Shown here: piece after piece, positions 26,760 through 37,418 of the stretch | Numbering within the stretch: the first letter of the stretch is position 1 | Layout: the number at the start of each line of letters is the position of its first letter | Origin: Sphagnum compactum | Lineage: Eukaryota | DNA length: 64,000 bases | Assembly (NCBI GenBank): GCA_965153455.1 | Contig: OZ234494.1 | Span: 11,594,001-11,658,000, forward strand | Reading direction: 5' to 3' | The notes under the pieces: generated by a model | The model's input: the letters and a program-made list of their open reading frames with translations, nothing else | The model's database searches: none | What the model was told of the DNA's origin: nothing | Made by a program: the position numbers and the translations under genes

Positions 26760-29242
26760 ATGGCCTCATCTTTAAGTCATGGTTCTAATTCTATGGGAAT
26801 AGTTCTAGCTCCTCTTCCTCAAGTGATCACGAGATGTTGGAACAATTGTTTGTAGACATGGATAGGCGAAGGCAATGTGTTTTTGCATGTGGTTGTTGGG
26901 GCCAACTCATTTCACATGTTGAATGCTAATGAGTTGGAGGAGGCTAGGGTGCAAGTTAATAAGTGGACCCAAGTGTGGGAGTTTGAAATGTGCTCGTTAT
27001 TATGCGGGCAACAACAAGGTTGGTCAAGACATTAACAAATTTCACATTGACGGAGTTTGACGAGTTGGTGGTACTAGTGGTGTGCACCATTATAAGCCAT
27101 GCACGATCTACAAGTGGGCACTCCAATCTAGAGTCTAATTTCAAATTAGACTTTTGTTTTTAAATCTTAGATTTGGGGTTTTGGATTATGCTTTCCATTG
27201 TAAGGTTTGGATTAAGGAATTCAATTAGGGTTCTGGATTGTATAATTTGGACCAATGTTTTAATTTTAGGTTTTGGGTTCAGGGGGTTTTGGGTCAGGGA
27301 TTTAATATGGTTTAGGTTATAGAATTTGGGATTTAGTTTTAGACTTTGGATTATGGTTTGGGTTAGGGTTCTAATTCTCGACTTTGGATGAAGGTTCTAG
27401 TTTTTGGGTTAGGGTTTAGGTTAGGCTTTTAGTTTAAGGTTTGAATTAAAGTTTTAGTTTTGGACTTTGGATGAGGGTTTAGGGTAGATTTTTAATTTAT
27501 GGTTTGCATTAAGATTTTATTTTTAGGGTTTGGGTTTAAGTTTGGGTTAACCTTTTAATTTTAAACGTTGTCCATGAAGGTTTTAGTTTTAGGGTTTGGG
27601 TTTAAGTGTGGGTTTTAGTTTAAGGTTTGGATTAAAATTTTAATTTTAAGGTTTAGGGTTTAGAATAAGGATTTAGTTTTAAGGTTTGGGTTTAGGTTTG
27701 GGTTAGCCTTTTAATTTTAGACTTTGGATGAGGGTTTTAAAGTTTGGGTTTGGGTTTAGGTTAGGGTTTTAGTTTAGGGTTTAGATTAGTTTTTTAATTT
27801 TAGGGTTTGAATTTAGGTTAAGGTGAGTTTAGGTTTGGATTAGCTTTTCAATTTTAGACTTTGAATGAGGGTTTTTCTTTTGGGTTTGGGCTTGGATTTA
27901 TGTTACAATTTTGATTTAAGGTTTAGATTAACCTTTTAATTTAGACTTTGAAGGAGGGTTTTAGTTTTAGGGTTAGGGTTAGGGTTTAGGTTAGGGTTAT
28001 AATTTAGGGTTTGGATTGACCTTTTAATTTTTTTAGGTTTAGGGTTTTAGTTAGGGCTTTAGTTTAAGCTTTGGGTGGGTTTAGGTTAAAGTTATGATTC
28101 AAGGTTTGGATTAACCTTTTAATTTTAAGGTTTAGGGTTTAAGTTTGGGTTTTAGTTTAGGGTTAGGGTTTGGATCAGGGTTTTAGTTTTAGGGTTTGGA
28201 TTAAAGTTAGGATTCAATATTTAATTTCAAACTTTTGATTGAGGTTTAAAGTTTAAAGTTTGGACTAAGGCTAGGATTCAATATTTAATTTCAAACTTTT
28301 GATTAAGGCTTAAAGTTTAAAGTTTGGATTAAGGTTTAGATTAGGGTATAATTTTAGGGCATAAGGTTTAGTGGATGATGGGTGTTTTGTAGGTGATCAC
28401 AACATGTGGATAGGGCATCCTTCAAAACTAAGCCCCAAAAAATGCCTTCCATAGTTCATTCTATACATGAAACATGATAATGTTTCTATGTATGATTTTT
28501 TTATGGAATTGGTCAAAGAATGTATTTTTTGATGATGCCATTTTCATTGCATTTTGCATAATTGATGCAATTGGGGATGAAATCCGTTAGCCCAGTTTAT
28601 AGGAAAGACTTGTGTTGGGTAGCACCATACTTGAGTTCTAGGGTTGCATTGAGTTGATTGTTGGCACACTCATCAAGATTTGCAAACCCTGGAACAATGC
28701 TACACAAAAGACCTACTTCAATGGGTGCAAGAAGATCTACTCAATGAACAACACTACTGTTGTTGATCATCAAGGTTTCATGTTTATCTACCTAGATTTT
28801 GAATATCTAGGATTTTACTATGATGTCATCATATTGAGTAAATCTAAACTGCATCAAATTTGACATCAAATTTTTATGCATGATTGATGAATACTTTAAT
28901 TTTTTGTTAGGGGATCCCAACTATTTAGGTGAAGAGATGTTCATCATGAGGATTGGGATGTGTAAGGTGGGTCTTAATGTTGACCAAAATGTTATTATGG
29001 CCTACAACATAATGCATGTTGGGTATATAATGTGAATGGAATGGGGGGTAGGTGGTTTGAAAAGGAAATGGAAATGATTGATGAAAAAAATTGATTCCAC
29101 AAAACCAAAGTACACACACTTGTTCAAAGCTACAACTATCCTAACAAACTTTCTACATAGAGATCGAATGGACTTCACATTTGAAGTCATAGGTGAATAA
29201 ATGGCTAACCCTGCTAACCATGGGTGGGATGGAAATTCCTAG
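26760..29242 (+). pseudogene. Degenerate PIF/Harbinger (DDE_Tnp_4/HARBI1-like) transposase gene with one intron
   Basis: Exon 1 (about 26760-27113) reads MASS...VKTLTNFTLTEFDELV...HARST. The intron is 27114-28392 (GT...TTTTGTAG). Exon 2 reads 'GHPSKLSP...GCIELIVGTLIKICKP...YFNGCKKIYSMNN...LLGDPNY...MEWGVGGLKRKW...LTNFLHR'. These correspond to the IDGT / GDxGY / VExxxGxLKxxW Harbinger motifs, with many stops and frameshifts. Confidence 0.85.
27150..28372 (+). repeat. Degenerate telomere-like (TTTAGGG/TTAGGG) tract
   Basis: About 1.2 kb of TTTAGGG/TTAGGG/TTTGGG/TTTAAGG variants, G-rich on +, with very few C. Higher-order units such as TTAACCTTTTAATTTTAGACTTTGGATGAGGG recur. Confidence 0.9.
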
Positions 29243-29249
29243 TTCTATA

Positions 29250-30156
29250 GGTCTAAAATATCCTTGACTTTTTCTTTGAACTCTTCTTCACATATAATTT
29301 ATAAATCCCTAACTCTCTTTAAGTTATTGATTTTAATTTTGTCTGTTTTGCCAACAATAATCTGCATTTGTGATTGTAGCAAAACATGGCATTGTTTTGA
29401 ATCCACTTCCATGGTGGATGTAATTCATTCAATGCTTTGTGATTAGGTTTACAAATAATCCACTTTCATCCTAGCTTTCTCTAATGGAGTGGATGCAGAT
29501 GGTAGGCTTGATGCTACATTAAGCCCATGTGATGGTGTATCCAAATCCATAAAAGGAGGACTAGATGCACATATAGATGCAAGATTGGATGGGGTTGATG
29601 GATGGTGTCATCAATTAGGGATTGTTGACGTTTCAAGACATTATGCATGGCATGGCCATATGTTGGTTTCAAAAGTGCTAACACTTCTTCATTTTGCAAT
29701 ATAATTCTATTTGAACCTTCCTGGTTTGATTTCTCTATTTTCAATTCCTTTAATGTTTCCTGTAACCTTTCTTGCAAGGATTCTTCCTACAATTCAAATA
29801 CTAGATAATCAGTTTTGTATGTTGTATACACAACCTTCCACACTATGGAAGGAATCAATTATGTTACCTTGATCTTATCCTTGTTATAGATAGCAAAATG
29901 ATGACTATAAGTAGCACACATGGTGTTCAATTGAACATATTCAACAATATTCTTGGATACTTTATTTCGCTTTGGTGCCTTTGCCACATGAGTATGCAAA
30001 AAGATTTCACCGTGCATTGAGACCCTTCCACTCTAACATAATCAAATCCATCTATTTTTGTATTTCGCATGCAAACATCCACACAATTCCACTTTCAAGC
30101 CTATCACATTATTTATCTCTAGGTGCTTTAAGATGTCTTAATTTCATTTTTTCCAT
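29250..30156 (-). pseudogene. Degenerate second ORF of the Harbinger element (putative Myb/SANT-like partner), convergent with the transposase
   Basis: Minus-strand reading with stops: 'KVSKNIVEYVQL...LIPSIVWKVVY...EESLQERLQETLKELK...'. It lies directly after the transposase stop, and Harbingers normally carry such a second ORF. Domain identity is inferred from position. Confidence 0.55.
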
Positions 30157-30519
30157 ATAATCCTTCTTTGTCTCTACTTTATTTCTTCCTTGTCTATTTT
30201 TGCAATATTTTCATTTTGTTTTTGTCTCTACCATATTCCCTCTTTTTCTTTGTCTCTACCATATTTTCAATTTTGTCCAACCTTTTCCAAACAACATAGG
30301 TGATTAGATATGATCATGAACAACACAAACCCCATATTTGATTAAAGTTAAAATATTACAATATGTGGATGTAGATGGGATGAACATAACCCTACCAGAA
30401 CTACATGAAGAACTACAGATAATCATCTGAACTAAAGAACAAAAATAGTAACAACCTTGTCTCAAAACTTTGAAATCATTCATCAAAATTGCTAAAAAAA
30501 ACAATAATAGTGCTAAATC

Positions 30520-31900
30520 AAATTTTATCATGAAGAAAATTTGCATATGGGATTTGTGTTAAGGTGTTGATGAGGTTGGGTTTAAATGGGATAAATAAGG
30601 ATTATTAAACCAACACTTCAATTCAAATGTGAATTGATGGTGAGAAGTAGCATATGAATTGGACCATATTTGAACAACAAAATCCACATTTTTGGTCTGA
30701 ATGGAACATTAGTTAAGGTTCGGCCGGGATGAAAAAAAATGGACCAAAAGAACATGAAGACATTTAGGAAAATTTCTATAGAAAACCAATTAGGTTTTGG
30801 ATCAAATTTTATGAAGATAATTTACATTATGATTTAGGTTAAGGTGTTGATAAGGTTGGGTTTAAATGAGATAAACAAGGATTATTAAACCAACACCTCA
30901 ACTCAAATGTGACCTAATGGTGAGAATCAACTATCCACATATGATTTGGACCAAATTTGAACAATAAAATCCACATTTTTGGTTTAAACGGAACATTGGT
31001 CAAGGTTTGGGTAACATGAGTAGAAATTAGACCAGACCAACATGAAAACACCCAAGAGAATTGCTAAAGAAAAAAAATTGGGTTGTGGATCAAATTTGAT
31101 GAAAAAATTAACATCCAGTATCTAAATATAGTGTTGATCAAGTTTAGTTTAGATGGGATGAACAAGGTTTGCCAGACAAACATTGCAACTCAGATGTGAG
31201 CTAATGGTGACAAGTAATATATGAGTTGGATTAGAGCTAAAGAACAAAATCCACATCTTTGGTTCGAATGGAACATTAGTTAAGGTTTGGATAGGATGAA
31301 CAAAAATTGAACCAAAAAAACATGAAGACATTTTTAAAAAGTTTTTGAAGGAAAACAACTAGGTTTTGGATCAAATTTTGACAATATGTGTCCATGATCT
31401 AGTTAAGGTGTTGATTATGTTGGGTTTAAATGGGATGCCCATAGATTATTAGACTATCATGTCAACTAAAATGTGATTTGATGGTGAAATCCAACATATG
31501 ATTTGGATTGGACCTGAATAAGAAAATCCACAATGCACATATGTGGTTTGAATGAAACATTGGTTAGTATTTGGACAAGTCCCAAGATGAGCAAAAACTA
31601 GACCATACCAACATGAAGACATTTTTAAAAATTATAGAAGAAAAACAATTAGGTTTTGGATCAAATTTAATGAATAAAATCAACATCTAGGATCTAGATA
31701 TGGTGTTGATCAGGTTTAGTTTAGATGGGATGAACAAGGACCATTAGACCAACACCTCAGTTTAAATGTGAACTATTGGTGAAAAGTAGCATATGAGTTA
31801 CACCAGATCTAAGCAACAAATTCCACATCTTTAGTTTGAATGGAACATTGGTTAAGGTTTGGATGAGATGAATAGAAATTGGAATAGATTGGCATGAAGA
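30520..31900. repeat. Tandem array of about five 276-295-bp units
   Basis: The anchor GTGTTGAT recurs near 30563, 30843, 31131, 31407 and 31702. Each unit has AATCCACAT..TTGGT..GAATGGAACATT.GTTAAGGTT and ACATGAAGAC. Confidence 0.88.
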
Positions 31901-34210
31901 GCTACATCAAAAACATGTTTATTTAACAAGTTTATAAAAATCATCATCATAAGCATGAAGATAGGTGGTTACAAAATTGGAATAATCCTAAAATCGGTGA
32001 AAATTTGAATGAAATGGTTGATTTTATTAATAATAATGGAATTAAGCCTACATGTTAAAACACATAACAAGGTATAATAACATTTCCAAAATTCTAGAAG
32101 TAAAAAATACATCCTTGTTCCAAATGTAGATGTTCGGAAATTTTCATGTCCGAATAATTATCACAACCTTAAGAACCCTAAACCTTCTACTGTTCACTTC
32201 CTAAAACCTTGTTTTCATTAGCAAAAAATAATTGATCATCAAACATCGCCAAACATCCTTCCAAACATTGCATTTCAAACCTTACACAGTCTTTAAGAGA
32301 AGATCTATGGAGGCCTTTCTGGGATATCATTTCCTGATAACTGAACTTGTTGGTTTGACAATTTCAAGTGCATTCCATGTTGTTGTTTTCCCCACAACAT
32401 TAGATTATTATTTGTGTACTCGGCGAAGGTGCCAAAACATGGAAAGATTAGTTTATGGCAAACGTGGCAAAATGTGTTCAATCACCATAGAATCTAGGAG
32501 AGGTGGTAAAAAAACACTAGATGCATTTGAGATTTTTGTTTAGAAATGACAATTTGAAAATTCGAGGTGTAGGTTTTCAAAAGATTGGGTTTTGGGCTTG
32601 GCTTTAGTTCAAGTTGCTTTAGGGATTGTGCTAGAAATTGACCAGCCTTCAATTGCACTAGCTCACAAGCTTTGTGCCAAAGAATGGAAAGAAAGCAAAC
32701 TGAAAGCAAGAAGGACTCCCACAATGTGAGGTCATGGAGTTGACAATCCCAAAAAACATGCTCCCACATTGACTGCATAAGCACCGTCAATGTTTGTTGT
32801 TTTGAAAAGAAAAACCTTAAATTTTGTAAAATCTCACCTTATTTTAGTCTTAAGGCCTTAGATGTTTCTAATTCAAATGAAATTCCAAGCTTTGGCGTAG
32901 TCGACACAAGTCTGCGTTGCCATCTACACCTTTCCAAACATGAAGCTTCCAAACTTGAGGCAAAATTTGTCTATGTCCAAAGTAGCAACTAATGTTGCCA
33001 TCTCCTTTCCAATCCACAACCCGTGTTGTTGCTATTGTCATCTCTTCTCCAAACCCACAACCTATGTTGTTTCCCTCTCTTCATTTAATGCACACTTAAG
33101 CCGACGTCTTGATCTGTGTTTTCTTTCCAAACGCAAAGGCCAAAAATGCCTTCGTTGTTTCGTTCCACACTTTCTTGACCTAAACTAGTACACTCAAATC
33201 TTTGTAACTCATTTGCCTCCCTTAGCTTGGCTTTTGTCATCTAAATAGGGTTCAATATGCTAGGAACCGAGGCTTCTTTCGGTAGATGCAAATGTCAAAA
33301 CTCTCACAAGCTCACACAAACATTGTAGAAAGAGAGCTGGCACACCCTCAACACGAGAAAAAAGTTTACACGCAATGGGTCTTTGCGCCACACAAAACAT
33401 AGGATCCGAGATCAAGCTAGTTTGATCTTGGGTTTAGGGGAAAAAACGTCTTTAATCTTGCATTATTTTCCTTTCTTGCGGGCTTGTCGTGACTATTCTG
33501 TTATGTCATCAGTTTTACCCAAACCCAGAGTTCTCATCTTGTGTCTTACCTACGTTATAGATAACTTTAATAAAACCAAGATTTCAAATAGAGATTAATG
33601 CAAGCAAAAAAAATGGCTTCATCTCTTAGGGTGAAATACCTACAATTGATAGGCACACAATTTATCAACAAAAATTCTGCAAGGAAATTGACAAGTAAGC
33701 TTTTTGGTATCCGAATGTTCTCAATTGCCAGGTCTACTCTATTAGCCTAACAGATGGAATATATGTGGATCCCCATAAAAGCCTTCAATTAGAGGGGCCT
33801 ACATATGCTCCTGGGATGTGGCCACTGGGCACAGGTTTTATTGTCACAAATCCTGCGAATGAAGTTGACGGAGTAGTTTCCAGGTCCAAAGCTTCCATCC
33901 CCCTATCCCTTGAATATAAGGCCAGTAGGGTTTAGGGTTTGGAGTGAACCACATCAAAATGAGTCTCTAGTCCAGATGGATGTTGAAGTCGAGAGGTTAG
34001 ATGGATGTTGAAGTTTTAATGGGGGTTTTACTTACTTAGGGATAAACTCGAGATGTGTACTAAAAAGCATGAATTATTCAATAGAGAGCTTCTAGGATTT
34101 TGAATGAACTGCACAAGATGACTCTCTAGTTTAGCCGAATCTTCCATTTGCTAACCCCCTTGAACATAAGGAAGGCATAGGGAGCTTCTATGATCTCAAA
34201 CTTCTTCCAT

Positions 34211-34305
34211 CCTTATGACTCTCCATTTCTGAATGGATGTTGAGTGGACGGATGTTGAGTCCTTATGACTCTCCATTTCAGAATGGATGTTGAGTGGACA
34301 GATGG
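34211..34305. repeat. 50-bp tandem duplication
   Basis: CCTTATGACTCTCCATTTC(T/A)GAATGGATGTTGAGTGGAC starts at both 34211 and 34261. Confidence 0.85.
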
Positions 34306-34690
34306 TCAAGATAGTCAGGCTTATATGGATAGACTGGAGATGCATGTAGACTAAGAAGTATGGATGAAGCCTCCCCAGTTATAGTCTTTTTGGAAGCATC
34401 TAGGAATGGTGGATTTGTGACTTGGGATGTTGCAAATGCTTGCACATGGATCGTACACCCTTTTTGCATGGTTCCACTTGGCTGTGTGTGGGCATAATAA
34501 GGCCAAGCTTTCGATTCTAATCCCCAAAGTGAAGGAAAGCTAAGCCTAGATGGAAGACATGTGTTATTGCACTCGAACTTTCCATGAAAAGTATTTTTCT
34601 AGAGCACTTCAACAACTTTTACCAACATCAGGGTGCACCAAATATACGTACCCAAGCCGTGGCACAACTTGTATCTCCTATAATGAAATA

Positions 34691-34821
34691 CTAGTTTGAA
34701 CCCCGTGCCTAATGCACAGGTGTGTTATTTCAACAATGCTTGGTTCATTCCGACGTCTGGATGGAAAGCTTCATTTCATCCCAAAGCTTCACGACCACGA
34801 CGTCCTTTACTATATAGAAGA
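34691..34821 (-). mobile_element. Minimal non-autonomous Helitron, 131 bp
   Basis: The minus strand reads A|TCTTCTATATAGTAAAGG ... CCTGTGCATTAGGCACGG GGTTCAAA CTAG|T: a 5' TC, a subterminal GC hairpin, a 3' CTAG, inserted between A and T with no TSD. Confidence 0.75.
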
Positions 34822-35849
34822 TCCCTTCTATCTACTACCTATCTATTATCATCCATCCAAGTAAGTTGTGAGCCAAATGACAAAGTGCTGAACAATTTGC
34901 GCACATGTAATGGAAGGGCAGGTCTACACGGGATTAGGTGCAGGGGAAAGCACTGTGACCCTGTGAACTGAGGGCCGGGAGCCTGAAGGTTCCCTTGTTC
35001 CTTCCCTTGCATAACAACCGAAGGTTCATATCACCTTACATGAAATCTCCCAGACTCCTTTATGCAAAAACCTCTGGAATTGCGCTCTGTAAGGATTCCT
35101 CGAAATACACTCGGCTCCTTCCTAGCGGTTGTTAGGTTGTTTGAGGGCATGGGCCTGAAAGGTGTAGCATTTTTTGGGTTTTTTTTGACAATATTTTCGT
35201 TTTTCAACCAGAAATATACAATTTCAACCTTTAAGAAGGATTTTTCATGAGAAAATAAACCTAATTCACCACATTTCAAATAAAATAAAATAAAATTGTG
35301 GGTGAGCAAGAGTGGGTCTGAGATTTTTTTTGGAATTTGGTTTTCTCACCATGTTCCCAATTTGTTCTTAATGTATCCCACAAGTTCCCCCAATAATTCC
35401 CAATAAAGCTCCCATTGTGGTCCCCAAACTGTTGCCACCAAGATCACACTTTGCCCAAAAAAATCTACCCTTGTAACCTATATAATTGGACCAAAGGAAA
35501 TGGTTCACAAAATCTTCTATTTTGGGAGAGTCAATAGTGTGTGCACATTTTGATTATGGGTGATGGGTCAATAAAAAGGCCCATCACCCCCCAAAAGAAA
35601 AAAACACTTTGGACACACCCCCACAACCTTGAATAACCTTCAATAGCTTGGACATACAAATAATAATAGATACCTCAATATGAAAAATGACATAGTTTGA
35701 ATTTAACACCTTAGAGGTATTTTATACATTCCAAGCCCACATTTGTTCTTGTTCAAGCAAGAAGGTAGGGCTATGGTTAGTTGCTAGGCCATTTATTTGT
35801 TTGTTTCACATTGCACATTTTATTTTCATTTCAACATTGTGTTTTTATA

Positions 35850-36670
35850 TCGGTTTGATTCAGCTATCAGCATGTAATTTTCTCACATGTGAGTGTGGAC
35901 ATGGGTTGGATGCATCTGGCATGCACTTAGTTCGTTGTCCGTTTAGAGGTCAACAGATAGTCACACATGACGTCAGTTGAGACGTCATGTATGCCCTCAT
36001 TTGAGAGAATGAACACACTGTTTGGAAAGAGCGGTGATATGCCCTTACGTCAGGAGTCTCATTACAAGCCGATCTCTACATGAACCAAGAGGACCAAGTC
36101 TTTGTTGCCGATGTGATCGTTATTGACCCGACATAGGAAATGGTGACTTTGAGTGTCATTAGTCGACCAACATGTGTAACTATAGAATTTAGCGCCATTG
36201 CTAAGATTTGCAAATATAGAGGTTTTATGAAAGGCACCATTTTATTCCGATGGCCATGGAGGTGCATGGCGCACCCATGTGTGATATGGATAATTTCATT
36301 AGGGAATGTGTTGGTCTTTTTCATGATAGACAATAAGGAGGTCATGTATCCTTGTTTTTTTGCATTCAATTTTCAGATAACGTGTTAGTATTGCTTTTCA
36401 ACATGTTTTAGCTTTTGCTATAGAGGAAAATTGCATTGGCAAATGATGATTGTTCTAGACCTCCCATTACTATTAGATCTCACGATTTGCATGCAAGCGA
36501 GATTAGAGGGGCCATGGGTGAAATAACTTCCTACCACGAAAATGATTAGCTCTCTCCCTTTTTTTTGGTTCCTACGGAGGTGCGTCTTTTGGCCTTTGTT
36601 TGACCTTCCCTTTTTGTCTCCCCTATGATGGTTCCAACCATCGATCTTTTATTGGATTTTTATTTTGGTT
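35850..36670 (+). mobile_element. 3' relic of a restriction-like-endonuclease (CRE-type) non-LTR retrotransposon
   Basis: Translation through stops: 'CECGHGLDASGMHLVRCPFRGQQIVTHD...LQADLY...VADVIVIDPT...AIAKICKY...FIPMAMEVHG...VSIAFQ'. This is a zinc knuckle followed by a PD-(D/E)xK-type RLE. The stop is at 36547-36549, followed by a T-rich tail region. Confidence 0.75.
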
Positions 36671-37196
36671 TTTATAGATTTGTATGGTCCTTGAAGGCTA
36701 AGAGGAATGTTATGCTTTGTAACATACCAAAAAATATTGAAGAAAAATTAGTGAAGTACAACAAGTTTGTATGCATACATGCAAATTGCAATATTTATGA
36801 GCTAAGAACCTAAAGCAAGAAGATTGCATAGTTGGGAATGCACCAAGAGTTTGAATGAAATCAAGGCTGCAAGATGGGGTCAAGTTGCCTAGAAGCACAA
36901 AGCCTTTGGCAATGTTGTGACTTTGTGTCATCCTTCTTCTACTTGATTATGATGTCATGTTATGACCTACTATTTTTTTGGGTCAAAATGCTTGTGGTTT
37001 GCTCATCCATGTAAGGGACGACACCCACATATCCATAATCCATGTCCAATCTAAAGTTGGGTAGATATCAAGTACCATGAAACACAAATATCAAACAACT
37101 TGGCCAAAGACTTATTGTAATGAGATTGATAGACAAATAAGGTACAAACCACTGTTGGGCAAAGTATATGATTTATCATATGCCAATTCTCAAAAT

Positions 37197-37418
37197 GGCC
37201 TTGGGTGAACCAGCACCCACATTGTACCATGATAAAAAAAAACCCCCTAAATTTCAGGTAAATTGCTTCTGAATATTATAAATATCACTTATGGTAACAC
37301 TAAATATCAAGGTTTCCAAGTCCAAATCTAATATTTCTTGAGTCTAATATGGCCAATGAATAAGGCCTCACTCAAGAAGGCAAAGGTACCAGTGTAAGTG
37401 CCCCATTCACCCTCGCGC
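37197..37418. mobile_element. MITE-like element, inverted homolog of 6948-7239
   Basis: Imperfect TIRs GGCCTTGGGTGAACCAGCACCCACATTGTACC ... GGTACCAGTGTAAGTGCCCCATTCACCCTCGCGC. Interior AATATGGCCA...CTCACTCAAGAAGGCAAAG is the reverse complement of the 6985-7022 region. Confidence 0.6.
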
